Below the pieces are notes generated by a model that did no database searches, was not told the origin of the DNA, and saw nothing but the letters and a program-made list of their open reading frames with translations. A stretch of 58,484 nucleotides of DNA, counting the filler, from Asterionella formosa (lineage: Eukaryota): NCBI GenBank assembly GCA_002256025.1. It is 4 parts of 4 records of this genome, joined end to end, with 100 filler letters (N's around TTAATTAATTAA, not from the genome) between each part and the next. Parts side by side here need not be neighbours in the genome. Positions count along the whole stretch, not along the records: positions 1 to 14,554 come from NKIB01005928.1; positions 14,655 to 29,203 come from NKIB01005930.1; 2 more parts are not named here. One strand, written 5' to 3'. The position numbers were made by a program, and so were the translations under genes. Positions 12,403-25,456 of this stretch are shown here, piece after piece (positions within the stretch are counted from its first letter, which is position 1; every line of letters starts with the position of its first letter).

Positions 12403-13610
12403 ATGAAAATGGTGCTTCTTCGTCTCCTTACCATGGCAATCTTTGCGGTTGCTTCCACCCTGGCGCAAAACTGCTCTGTGTGCAAGGATGGCTCTGCTGT
12501 GCCAAACCCAAGTTTGCCACTGGCCCTTCCGGACTTTCCTCAACTTGCTAACACGACATGTGGGATTGTTGAATCGGGCATCAGCATGTTCCCGTTGGAT
12601 AGCGCCGCATGTACTGGTTTTGTCGGAGCTATTAATTTTGACTTTTTGTGTGGATGCCCTGGCTCTGTCCAATTGTGCACCTTGTGCCCAAATGGAACCT
12701 CACCTGGAAATCCTGATTCATCATTCCCTGGATTGAATTTGACCTGCACGGACATAGATGACGGTCTTGCATTCCTTGGTGAAACATCCTGTTCTACGAT
12801 AGGCGCGAACATATCCATATTTCAAAATTTTTGTGGTTGTCCTGGCGTCATGCCGAGCTGCCCTCTATGTGAGGATGGCTCTATGATTCCTGATCCAACC
12901 CTCCCGGTTTTGGGTGCTGATTTTACTTGTGAATTTTTGCAACTTTTCCCTACCAATTCCACAGCGGAGTGCACTGCAGTGCAGGCCACTGGTGGTGTGT
13001 ACTGGTACGGACATTCAATTTCAATGGCATTTTCTGAAAGTCATTATCCTGCTCTAACCATCTTCTTCTCATCCATTTCCACCATATCAATACTGACAGT
13101 GGGTGTAACAACCCCACCGCTTCGGCAAGTGCTTGTCGAATCTGTGGTGGTTCCACTCTCCTTCCTGACCCATCACAGCTGATCTTGGATACTAGTTCGG
13201 ATTTCTATGATACTCCATGCGGAGAGATCGAGTTTTATGCAACTCAAGAGATCAACTATACATGTGCAGAATACCAATCCATGCTTGCGGAAGGTTGCTG
13301 TGGAAAGGGTTCAGACCAGACAACCATGGCTCCTGATACTACGGCTCCTGTGGCTACTGATACTATGGCTCCTGTGGCTACTGATACTAAAGCTCCTGTG
13401 GCTACTGGAAATCCTTCATCTGCAGCACCTGGATCCGCTGCAACTTCACAGCCAACTTCTTCTGCTGCAAGTGGCTCACCAGCAAGCACTCCTCCTACTA
13501 CCAAGGCCCCAACCAAGACCCCAAGCACCAGTAGTGCAATGATGCATTACAGCAATGCCATGACTGCCACTTGCATTGCATTTCTTGCTGTTGCAGTCTT
13601 TATCTTTTAG
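12403..13610 (+). CDS. Secreted Cys-rich repeat protein, probable GPI anchor (2 exons; intron 13005-13099)
   Basis: Signal peptide MKMVLLRLLTMAIFAVASTLA. Four CxxCxxG...TC...C...CGC-type repeats. Splicing the GT..AG intron restores GGVYCGCNNP. Thr/Ala/Pro stalk (MAPVATDT repeats) and a hydrophobic C-terminus. Confidence 0.85.
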
Positions 13611-14429
13611 GGTATAGCTCTCACCAGTCAGTACTGTGCTGACTGTTCTTGTGGGTATTATTCATGCTTATAGTGAAAGGTGTTGTTGTGCAAAATCTTT
13701 GCATGAAAGTAGTACAGTTAATAAGTGATTAATTCATGGACTATCTTATGCTTACTGGCACATCCTGGTTGGTTGTTCTACATCAGCAGTAGTCTCACTG
13801 TCCTAGAAAGGCATATCCATGTAATGGCACACATGTTGCTGCAGTTTTAGACAGGACATTGCTGTCAACTGAATCTACAGTGTACTGGTTTAAATGATAA
13901 TTGGTTTTATAGCCCATTCCCACTCCCCTTTTTCAAGGCAAGTATTCATTGTGCTGCTTGCCAACAAGACCTGTACTTCCCTAGTTTTGTTAGCATTGGT
14001 GAGCTGTTGTGTAATGTACGAATAGTTGAATACGAAAAATATTGTCATCAACTCTGTCAAGGGAACTGAGAAAAGAAAATGATTGGAAGAAAGTTCAGGC
14101 AACGTCTGCAAATAGAAAACATCTAATTCGTGTGATGCATCTTATATTGGCGATCATATGATCATATAAATTCGAATTATCATCTAATCTGAATAATATT
14201 TATCGTGATAGAGAATATTGTAAGTATATATATATATATTGATGCATGAATTTTTGTATGTTTACCATCACTAGCTGCAAACATCAACAACCCCTCAATC
14301 TGAATTTGAATCATTCATGTTGCATTCTTAGTACACTCGTACATGGGTATGTACATATGTGTAGCTATCTATAGTTTAAAAGAGATGATAGTTATTCATA
14401 TATATGGATATGCATGCTGTGCAAGTCTA

Positions 14430-14554
14430 CCGTATACTTCATTGTCCTGGACCCCCCAATGTACACTGCCGTGACTGAATTTGACTGATTTTACTTAAGG
14501 GGGGCCCAGGACAATGAAGAGATTTCCCTTATAATGGACCTAAGTAAATTTCTT
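14430..14554 (+). mobile_element. Terminus of a TA-flanked pogo/Tc2-like element, running into a gap
   Basis: TA|CCGTATACTTCATTGTCCTGGACCCCCC...GGGGGGCCCAGGACAATGAAG with an internal inverted repeat. Identical to 28944-29068. Confidence 0.6.
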
Positions 14555-14654
14555 NNNNNNNNNNNNNNNNNNNNNNNNNNNNNNNNNNNNNNNNNNNNTT
14601 AATTAATTAANNNNNNNNNNNNNNNNNNNNNNNNNNNNNNNNNNNNNNNNNNNN

Positions 14655-15365
14655 GTCTCAAGATGGATCGACATGGAAAGAAGAACACAATAGAGCGGCG
14701 ATATGGCTCCAAGGAGAATTTGTTTGGGTGCCTCTCTCTCCTCTTTCACATTCTTAGACCAGCACAGCTGGCAGATCAGAGCAAAGGGGAAGCGCACACA
14801 GGGCAGTAAATTTTCTTTTTTTAGTTGACAACAATCATCAGTGCGGCCAACCATTTGAAACTGGAATGTGCAAAGTGCAGGCATCTGGTAGCGCCGGACG
14901 CCATCAGAGCATGATCGAAGGCAAGTAATAGTGTTGGTGAACTCATCCGACTCCAGAGGCCGTACTGCTGCTGATTTTTTCCCTTGTTTTCTCACCTCTT
15001 TCTTTTTTCACTGCCTTGATCAGTTCATTGACAGGAATTGACCTGGTTGGGTTGCCACACCTGATGAGACTATTCCAACTGGCAAGTTTGTTTGGCATAA
15101 AGTATGACAGTGCTTTTTTATAGTACTGCAGGGAAGTTGATCGGCCTAATGTTGGATTGTCATCGCCATTTGGGTCTGGACGACCATACACTTTGAACGC
15201 CATCCATTTGTAGATGTCCTCGGGCTGCAATTCACCTATCTGCTCTTGACTAAATTCAAAGTTGAAATCATAGTCCATTCCATCTCTATAGGACATCATA
15301 GCAGCTAGTATCCTCTTATATTGAGCCCATTGTTGAGGCTCGTTCATTCCTCTTGTCCTTGTCAT
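14655..15365 (-). mobile_element. Crypton-like tyrosine recombinase, 5' part (frameshift ~14990, cut by gap)
   Basis: RSTSLQYYKKALSYFMPNK...GNPTRSIPVNELIKAVKK, then in another frame RKQGKKS..RPL...EF...QFQMVGRTDD...WSKNVKEEREAPKQILLGA...YCVLL. This is the pattern of stramenopile Crypton YR proteins. Confidence 0.7.
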
Positions 15366-16725
15366 GATGATTTTATTATTATATTATTGTACACCCTTAT
15401 CTGCTACAGGAGGTATTCTTGATTCACAAGGCATGATAGGCATGATGGTTGATAACAATACAATGGGTAGAATTTTCGCCCTGGAAAATATCACTGTTAA
15501 CCCTAACCTAGTTATTATGATTGGTAGAATATACTACCAAAACGAGATAACAAATTCTACCAAAAATTCTACATGGTAGAATTTTGAGCTGTTACATACC
15601 TCATACTGACCACGTAAATATTTGCCAATACCTTGGAGGTATTTTCTGTCCTCAGTAGAAGACTACCGAGGCCTACGAGAAAATACTACCTTGCTAGAAT
15701 TTCGGGACTATTATACCGGTAATAGATGGGAGTTTTGTCTCCCCAAAAATTGTACTATCAAGAAAAGAGGACGCTTGTACGAACCGCTTGTTTGTTTGAT
15801 CCTGTGAATCATTTGTCGTCGCATGCACACATGTACCGGTACCGCTATATTTCGTTCGGCCAATAGTAAACTGCTGGTACTGCCGGTAGTTACCAGGTAC
15901 CAGGTACAAGTCACTCAGTCCCTAGCTGGTACCTGGTACCTGGGAATGATGTACCAGGGTACCAGGTACCTGTTACCAAGTATTGCGAAAATCGAATGAC
16001 AGCCATAGAACATCGAACCGGTAGAGTCATTCATAATCATTGTACTAGCTCACCTTTGTTAATGACAACAAGGTTCCCCTCAACAACCTGCACCTATCAT
16101 AGATTATAGGTATACCAGTATATGTACCACAGTACACGCACTTACAATGGAAGTATCACACTGCCCAGTAAGAACAATAGTATGCTGCATTTTCTCATGG
16201 TAGACAATATGTATCCGTAAATCTTTCTATGGTATTAGTCAACTCTATAAAGCTAGTTGGTTTCAAAATTATCATTTCTTACTTTTTATCATGAATATAT
16301 ATTGAATCTAGCAATCATCATACATTTGCACATTCTGAATTTAATTAAATTGAAATATGCAAATTATCCTTGTTAGATAGACTACCAGTATAGTTAGTTA
16401 TACTACTAGTATATACAAATAAATATCAATTTCGATTAGCTAAACCTCCTGCCTCTTGAGCCCCCCCCCTTGGTTGCTGAAAACGATTATGTGCAGGTTG
16501 TTGTTGATCGTTTGGCATCAGCTTAAAGACAGTGGACCATCATTGAATCCCAGCAATCCGCCTGATTCTACCCTTTGGTGTCAATGGCGAAATTCCAAGG
16601 CAGTCCTTGGATTGTTCCAATGCAATCAGGACCTTCTCTCGAGACAAAGGCAGCTGAAGGAAGCCCCAACTCTTTGCAGTCCCATCCAACCTTTTCATCA
16701 AAATCCTAAATTCGTCTAGATACTA

Positions 16726-18580
16726 CTACATTCCTCTTTTACATCCACACCAAATAACCTTATTGCCATCACTTATGGTTGCAAAAGATACATCCCGATT
16801 TTCCAAAAATTTTATTGGGCCTATCTTCTTCACTTGATCTCCAAAATGCCACAAGCAATATTCAATTGCCACAGTGCACAGTGGGAACTGCCAACCAACC
16901 GGAACACGCCGTAATATTCCATCGTGTGGATGCAAAACAATTGTGACTCAAATGAAGACTGCCTGGATGTATCAACTTTGTCAGCACCATTGTGTTCATT
17001 GTTTATCATCATTTCATTCCTCATTCCATTTAACTGGTCCTTAATCCCCTCTATACTTGACCCAACAACCTTCTGAATTAATTCAACCATTCGAGACTCT
17101 GACAATACACCTCCAAATGTCCAATCATCAAGCATTTTTTCGAATTCCTTTAGCATTGATGGCCCAAGCGCCTGTAGTTTGCCTCGCATGCTCCTGATGG
17201 CTGCAAGATGGGCAACATGAGGACGTATACCTGTCAACTTCACAACAAATGAGGATTATTCCTCGCATGAAAGATATCGAACAACAATATGTTCATCGAG
17301 TGCAAAAAACTCCTTTGATGTGTAGATAGTAGCTAGTCTTACTCACTGCCGACTTTTCAGTACGAAGTTGTTAAAGATGTTTTCTGTGGTGCAGGATACA
17401 TGCTAGTCCAACACAAAGAAATGGAAGCACCATAACATGCCGGCAAATCACATCACCAAACAGGGAACGTAAAGCCAGAATCACTTTTCCATCAAGCTCT
17501 GTTTGCTTTACTCGTGCATTTGCATCATTGGGGTTTCGAATCCAAAAAATTGGTTCTGAAACCGCAAAACGAGCAGATAGCACTGGCAATCCTGCCAATA
17601 TTCGACCAACATAGTGGTCACCTGCCTTTTCATAAAGCATATAGACATCTTGGACAGTGCCTAATGTCCAACCACCGCGATTGCTGATTGCTACACTTGA
17701 TGGACTTGCTGTAGAGCTACTCGATGCATATGGTGTTGCACCCTTCCTGATGCTGTGAGTACCAATATCCTCCACCTCATATCCATCTAGATCGCCTTCA
17801 GCATGTCCATGTAGCAACCTCTTGATAATTTTTCTGAATCGATCCTACTGCTCTGCACCAGGAAACAATAGACCATGATCTGTATCTTGTAGAATTTCCG
17901 AAAAGCATGTCATGTACTCAAACAATGCAGTTATTGGGCACAATGCAAAATCTTCAGGGTTGGTGTAGTAGTGTCGGGGCTTGAAATTCTTAGAGCCATC
18001 TTGATCATTTTTTGTATGAGAAGAAAATCGAATCCCCACAGCATCTTGACTCCAAACCAAATGCTTGATACAGACACCATCAGTGCTATCAACACGGTAC
18101 ATCAAATTCCAAGTTAGACATGAAAATGCACGTGCAAAAACAGCTGAAGGAGAGCCATCTTCAATCAACCGTATGTTTATTTTTCGGTACAGGTCGATTG
18201 TCAAGTCACGTTTTCCCTCCTCAAGACTACCCATCCCATCTTGTTTTGCCTTACTTGCAATTCGTTTCCGCCAGCAATGAGATTTTTCAGCTCATCATAA
18301 CCCTAATACTGCCTCGTTTGTCAATCTCTGGTGATAAAATGCTATCCATGATTACTGCTACTATGCCCTCCTCTTGTCCTTGATTGGAATGATGTCTCCC
18401 CTCTTCATCTTGTTGCAGTTGTTGCAATGCAGTTGCATCATCTGGATCCATCAGGGCGCGACCGGACTTTTCATAGCAATGGAAGCAAGTTTTTTTGAAC
18501 TGAATATCTGCTTCTTCATGCCAATGACCGCAAAGAGCATGAATGCTATACCCACATCCAAGGCAGTAATGTTCAGTTGA
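16726..18580 (-). mobile_element. Second Crypton-like tyrosine recombinase pseudogene (different subfamily)
   Basis: EGKRDL...LTWNLMYR...WSQDA...HTKNDQDG...PRHYYTNP....CPITAL...LFPG, then IGTHSIRKGA (HxxR), RGGWTLGTVQDVY (catalytic Tyr region), AGDHYVGRILAGL, LTGIRPHV and RRVPVGWQFP. Several stops and frameshifts. The 5' limit is approximate. Confidence 0.85.
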
Positions 18581-18989
18581 CCTTTGCAGTTGACCTTTTA
18601 AGCTCCTTCACCATGCATCTCTCTTTAGATGCACAAACTATTTCTTCATTGTTTTGATGTGGCAGTGGGTCGCTTCCATAGGTATATTGTTGATTGTTGT
18701 TGTTCTCAATTGATGTTCATATTTGGCTGAGTCGGAACCACTAGTACTACCGGTATAGCTATTAGCAGTAGCTACCATGCATGTACTGTCAACGTGAATC
18801 CTACGATGGTGCAAAAATGAACGCTGTTTCTACATGTTTTTGGGGAGAAAAGTCTCCCCAAAAAGCCGCTGCTGACGGGGCCGCAGAAAATATACGTGTT
18901 AAAAGCTAATGGGGAATAAACTTCAGCGCGGTAAAAGGGGAGAATTTCTTCCCAAAAATGTAGCAGGATCTCCTACATTCGAAAGAATA

Positions 18990-19993
18990 CATTTTTTGCA
19001 TAAAAGTGTCGGAAAATTCATAATCCGTCAGTCAGGGGAGTTCGTGATCGTTTCCGCGATGCGAAGTTTTTATTCGCGTAAAGAACAAGCAGTCTATTGT
19101 TGAATGACTTAAAGTATGTCTATAGTAAGCTGTCAAATGAACTTATCAAGATTCCATAGAAATATGAACCACGACAATTAGTGTGTACATGAAAGTCACT
19201 ACAAAATTGACGTGGAGGAAATTGTTGCATCTTGATATGTTGATCCCTCTCCGAGAATACTGTCGCTCAGGTTTTCTCATCTATTTCTACAAAACATAGA
19301 AAACCTTATCTAGTCAAAGTTATCAAGCTAATCACCGAGGACTCAACACTGTCGCTAGTTGGTCATATCTTCAAAACTGAGCAAATGACGACCTAAAACA
19401 ACTTTTAGCGCCGATTTTAAGTTTTTGTTGTCAATACTAGTGCAAAAAAATTATTATTTTAACGATAATCTCGTCTATGCTAGTCTTCATACACCTGCGA
19501 AATAGGAATTTTTCATTGTCAATGTTCGTGAAGATATTCAACTCAATAATTTCGTCATGGTCAAGATGGAGTTGCTGTCTCATCGACCCCATACCACAGG
19601 CAGCTGTACAAACACACATGAAAGAACTGCCTGATGGTATCTGGTACCAAGCATGTATACATAATATTAAACGCTATACATACAGAATGTACAAAGTATA
19701 TAAGAGGTTTGTTGTAGTATGTATGATGTGTTCCATGTCGAAAAGCTAAGTACATCTGATACAATATGCATCCCATTCTTGACAAAATGTACAGTAGTAC
19801 ATATATATATTTATTTTTCGATTTTCAATATACTAAGTAAAAAAGTCATTGAAAATTTAGTTAGGAAAAGTTTCTATCATTGATAAAACTTATTATTGAT
19901 TTGCTACAAATTTAGTCAAAAAAGTAATCCCGAGTTCCCCTGACTAGTAACTCGCCTCATTATGTATTTTCGGACACTTTTATGCAAAAAGTG
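18990..19993. mobile_element. Non-autonomous Tc1/mariner-like element (~1 kb) with TIRs and TA flanks
   Basis: Left TA|CATTTTTTGCATAAAAGTGTCGGAAAATTCATAAT and right ATTATGTATTTTCGGACACTTTTATGCAAAAAGTG|TA, plus an inner agtcagggga / tcccctgact match. Confidence 0.7.
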
Positions 19994-20441
19994 TAATGGA
20001 CCTCCTACATTTTCCCCATTTTTCCACGCTTCAGACAACGACTAGAAATTTCTGACAGCCAATAGAAACTGGTTAGCGACTGGAAGTTACCACTGATTGG
20101 TGAACCAATTAAGGTTGTGGCCCCGGCTTAACCCTAGTTTGGAGAAAACGTCGCTAGGGTTGTAAAAACGGCGTGGAACAGGGAGTTTCCTACTATGAAT
20201 TTCCATGATTCGAGCATTGATTTGAATATGTGAGTTAAATAGGAATCGGCGCCAGATTGATAGAGTTCCATTTTATGGTTGCTACATTTGAAACCCTAGG
20301 CAAAAATTAAAATATTGCTTAGGGTTGCCAAAATTCCCTGGAATTAAGAATTTAATTAGCATTTTTGAATGACGTGATTCCATTTGAAAAATTTAAATCA
20401 GTGAAAATTTGCGAATACGTACATAGATTCCTTGTCGAAAT

Positions 20442-20670
20442 TGCTAAATATATAGAGACACTCTTAGTCGCTCGCTTTATGTATACATAAGCTAAAATAC
20501 GATCAACATGTATGCATGGACATTCTATACTCCGATTAACGATTTTATATGCTATGCTAAATATATAGAGACACTCTTAGTCGCTCGCTTTATGTATACA
20601 TAAGCTAAAATACGATCAACATTTATGCATGGACACTCTATACTCCGATTAACGATTTTATATGCTATGC
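20442..20670. repeat. 113-bp near-perfect tandem duplication
   Basis: tgctaaatatatagagacactcttagtcg... at 20442 and 20555. Confidence 0.95.
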
Positions 20671-21233
20671 ATTGAATCCGTTTGACATATTCAAATCGTT
20701 TAATACATATATATATTTAGATTCTACATCGTTTCATGTGCATACACCAATACTACAATCTATACTCCGATCGACGACTATGTGTCATGTATATGACCCG
20801 GGGGCTCGGCAAATAATGGAAGGTGCACTCAAGGAGCGGTACGTGTATGTCCAATGATGATCATCAACTGGAACCCGTCGTGAATATAGAACCGGACTGT
20901 CAGTACACCGAAGAAAATGTTACATGTTTATCCAATGTGGCCGGCGTGGGTTTGCAAGACCTCGCAAACCAGGCCAATCAAACAGAGGAATGTAATTCAC
21001 GTTCACCTATCATATTATATATGTGGAAGCGGGCACATACAATGGAATTTTTTGAAAAGGAGATTTCAGGACTAAAATTTCCGGCACATGACTACCATTC
21101 CGATGATGACGTTTCAGCACTTAATAATTCTGATTCTGATTTTTTAGCGACCGTAGAAAAGGCCAATTTTTTCGAGTTTTTGGACAATGATAGCTAAACG
21201 TTGGCTGGGTCTTACGGCGATTTAGATACTACA

Positions 21234-21432
21234 TAGGTAACTTTCAAATAGCATCAGTATATAACTTCTGGCAAAAAACTGCAGAAAGGAACTTCGGTTT
21301 TTTTACTATACCAAATAAACAGATTTCCTCCGAATTTTCGAGTCTTTTTAGCATAGCTAGTTAAAGAAACGAAGTTCCTTTCTGCAGCTTCTGACCAGAT
21401 CCTATATACTGACGATATATTGAGTGGACCTA
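21234..21432. repeat. Short foldback / MITE-like inverted repeat
   Basis: cagtatataacttctggcaaaaaactgcagaaaggaacttcg pairs with cgaagttcctttctgcagcttctgaccagatcctatatactg. Confidence 0.7.
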
Positions 21433-23489
21433 CACCCCTGCTTTGTCCGAAGACTGTATTTAAGCATATGGAAAGGGTGTGTATTGGTGAAAGCTCCGTT
21501 GAGTGTTATACATATTTGATTTATATGTGGAAAGTATGTGTTTGATTAGTCTGACTCAATATTATCTTGTTTTTAACCCTACCTCGAGCTAGGGGTTCAA
21601 ATGCAGCAGCCTTAAACAAAAAAAATTGATATTGAAGCGTTTATACTGTATCGACATTGCTGTGTGTAGACATGATTTTGCTCAACGCCAAACACATAGC
21701 GGTATATAAATCAGGAGCATGCCAACATGTATGCTCATGGTACGTGTTTATACGTTATATTGAATCTACGCTGCTGGATGTAGTTTCAAAATTTCTCGAT
21801 GCACAAAGGTATATATAAAAATCAGTGCGGGGGAGTACTGGTACCAGGTACTGAAGTACCAGAGTACCGGTGTACCGGTAGAACACAATCTTGGTTCATG
21901 ATGATCGAAGACTGTGTGAAACTAGCACCGGTGTACCCCATACTGATTTTACCTTCTAGTATACAGTACATCTAATACATGTGGTTCAAGTGTGGCTGGC
22001 GTGATTTTTACAAGACCGGAAAACTTCAGCCAATCTGGAGCAGGTGAGAAAATTCAATTGTAGTGACGCGGCAACTTTCCCTGGAATCTTTTAAGATTGA
22101 GAATTATGCAGCAAAACATACCTACGCAAGACTTTAAGTATACGAGAACGTTTTGCACATACAAATTCCGATTCCAATATTTTGGCGATTGTTGAAAAAG
22201 CCGATCGGGTCGACTTTTTGGAAGGGGATTGATTGCTCTACATCTTCGGGGTTTCATGAAGATTAAAGTAGATAGCCGTGTACCCTATAACGTCAGGAGT
22301 TAACTTCTGGAGAGAAACTGTAGTTATGTGTCGTAGATTTTTAGAAAAGCTTCGTAGCCCCTTTTTTTGCATTGATAATTTTACGGAATAGAAAGTTACT
22401 CAAGAGAGTTTGGAATGGAAATCCGGCCTGTCCTTTCTGGTTGGCATCATGAGAAAGATCATTATTTCGGAGTGAGTTGAAACTGAAAAGGTGCACATTA
22501 CATGTACTTTACCACATCTTCCAGGAACTGGTAAATCATCGCCTGCAATTTATGACCTTCTGACAAAACAATTTTGACCTTGGAAGTATTTAGGCAGACA
22601 ACCACAGTGGGTACCATGATTTAACATTCATCCATCAATTGAGAATGCTGGATTGCATGCAATCGGCAACTTACAAGCTTACACAGCTGCACAAGCGCAG
22701 GACTTCATCATCTGCTGTGTTTGTTTCAAACCTAATGTAATTTGCTTACTTCCGCCATTGTATCATTCAGGCATCAAACAAGCTTCGTGATTTATAAACC
22801 TAGTGTTATTTTACATGCATGTCTACACTCATTGACATCAAGTCTTCACTGCCCTGTCATAGTTCATTTGTTTTCGAGGGAGAGGCGACTAATATATTGG
22901 TCTGACCATTTTCATGTGCTTCTCCAGTGGTGGAGTGGCAGCTTTTTGCATCCAAATTCATCAAAATATCACCACGTGCTTGGTGTGGGGTCAAGATCAA
23001 TGATGAAAATGGCTGTGGGCTTCTAGAGAAATGTCAAAACACGCCAGGGCAGCAGATATTGCCCCTGTGTGCGTGATGTCCCCCAGCCCATGCATCGCAC
23101 TGGGATTTGTGGAATGCAAGAAGCGTAAAATGTCACCAAATCAATGGAGGATGTTAAAAAAAGCGTGCATAAGCAAATAAAATAGACAACAGGACATCTA
23201 TTCACCCTTGGTACATGTTTCACTTTGTATGGAACATATTTTACCTTTTTGTATGGTGCATAGTGCCTGGTGGTACCTTTGTATGCATGGTATATACCCG
23301 GTTTTAAATTTTGATGGTGTATGTATATTACCGGACGCGCACATGCTCTTTTTGGCACAATATTCCCGTCCATCATATGATCAACTTAGTGCACCCTATA
23401 ATTGACAACGATAATTGAAGTCGCCGCTGGTACATTTTTTCATGTATTAATTTAGGGAGGATGCGCAACTTTTAAACAACAATGATGCT

Positions 23490-23933
23490 GTTAAAGTGAG
23501 CTCATCTACGTAGTTAGGACTCGGAGTCAAACGATTCGAATGAGTCCACTTTGATGATTCAAGCTCTCATCAACCACACATTATACCTTGTTACTCCGAC
23601 TATAATGAGCTGGACAATATAAGCTATTTCGGAAGACCGATAGTTTGAAATGAATGATCATGGTTAAAAACCTATGATCAGTAAGAATGATCATGATTAA
23701 AAACCTATGATCAGTAAGTGTGAGATAGAAATGGCTCTATCTATGATTGTATGTTTCTAGAAATGCAAACAGCATTTGGAGAATAGTTCGTTTTGTTTGT
23801 TCAAACAGAACAACCTAAACTAGATTAGTAAACTCACAATAAGAATATAGAAACGGAAAGAGAAACGAACGTCTCTATCTATAGTCTTCTTTGTCTAACG
23901 ATATAGATCTATACAAAAAGGTAATACTTTAAC
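23490..23933 (+). mobile_element. ~440-bp non-autonomous element with GTTAAAGT...ACTTTAAC ends (copy 1)
   Basis: An inverted, diverged copy lies at 45839-46240 with the same ends. ATGATGCT is directly repeated on both flanks of this copy. Confidence 0.75.
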
Positions 23934-24890
23934 ATGATGCTACAAGTAGATACGACACTTTTACTGTATCCACACAACAAATATGACTACGAATACAGCA
24001 GTAACATGAATAATCGAAGCAAAAGATGTGAAATGACAAGGTTATTATCGACTCGATTGATTGCGAATTGGCGGTAGTCCTCGTGGAAGACAACACATGT
24101 AAGGATACTCTCTGGTATGCATGATGTCATCAAAACTACCGGTAATGCCCTATGCATAGACGAGTCGTAGTAATGTGCAGCAGCCCATTTCTATATGCCG
24201 CTACATATGAAACATGGTCTACTTTAGTATTAAAGACGAGTGAAACAGATGATGTGAACGAAGCGCACATTGAAACCAGGGGAATGACGAACAACTTCTT
24301 GGAGCAGGTGTTATTTGATGTAGAGGAGAAGTTAGCAACCAGGGGAGCTAATTCTGTCTAGCCAAAATTGAAGATGAGGTTCGATGGCTAACGAATGACA
24401 GTAAACCACACAAGAGAAGGTCATGGAAGAGTCGATTGGCCAATGAACAACCACGCAAAAGGTTTCAAGTCAGAAAGCTCACAATTCTTTGAATTAGCTA
24501 GCTTTCAGCAAAGCAATGTCGTTGACCTCCAAGCCGTGCAAAATTTATAGTTGATGGATAAAATTCACCCTCCCTTAGTCCCATCCATGGCTACTAAAGT
24601 GCAAACTCTACAGCAGCTAGTACGGGGACCCAGAGGAGGGAAATGAATCATACCACAAAGAACCAAAATAAAAAATCCCAACTGTGCATCTAAAGATTAG
24701 TTAGAACAGAACAAACCAAACCAACAAGCTATCGAAGAGAAGCGAGAAGCATCCTGGTGTTGCAGGCCCTATCTTGAAGCCGTAACTGGTCAAAAAGAGT
24801 CTTCAATCCTTCAAACTCAGCAGCTCTTTATTGAGAGTGGCCCAGGTGAGCGCTTTTTTTCATCAACACCTCCTGCCTCTGAATCAAATA

Positions 24891-25088
24891 TTATCCCTGC
24901 AGGGGAATCTCCGCCACCTCTGCCGGAACCAAAACCATTGCACCATCCAGCATAGACTTCCAGCTCGGGATCTGCTTTGGCAGAACCAAATATGCCCTGT
25001 CGGTTGCTTTGATATTGTTGGGCTTGCTGTATGATTCCACAACAATATTTTGCTTCTGTCTTATGTAGAGATATTTTTTCGTTGTCAT
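24891..25088 (-). pseudogene. Possible relic of a pogo-type transposase N-terminal HTH (Brinker-DBD-like)
   Basis: KKYLYIRQKQNIVVESYSKPNNIKATDRAYLVLPKQIPSWK resembles Y...K..IV..A......ATAR.Y.V...QIR.W. No DDE domain is readable downstream. Confidence 0.35.
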
Positions 25089-25456
25089 GCTGATGACTCC
25101 GTAGAAAATGATTTGGTTGGCTTATCTCAATTTCTATCACAATCAATGTTGTAGAACCTACACAATTTATTACATTGTAGAATACGGTGCAAATTGTACA
25201 AACTCTAGAAATTTCTCTTGAAGTCATGACGAAATTCTGGCGCACCAGTGCTCTAAAAATAGAAATTGAATTGATCCTAGAAGCCGATTGAACCTAAAAC
25301 AATATATCTTTTATTGATGCTATTTATGTTTTAGACTAAAGAGAAAATGGTGGTGAAGTTGGTTTTTTCGTAATGTTTGACAATCAAAAAAGGGCTATGT
25401 CTTGTACTCGCTCCCCTCAAAGTAAAATCAGTCGTTGCTGCGTACATTGAGGGGTA

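Noticed and set aside
14555..14654. N-run with central TTAATTAATTAA (also 29204-29303 and 43845-43944)
   Set aside because: Identical 100-nt construct at three sites: a scaffolding linker with stops in all frames, not biology.
20823..23405. Several 60-125-aa ORFs
   Set aside because: No recognisable motifs, and the sequence is AT-rich and decayed-looking. They may be old TE remnants, but this cannot be supported.
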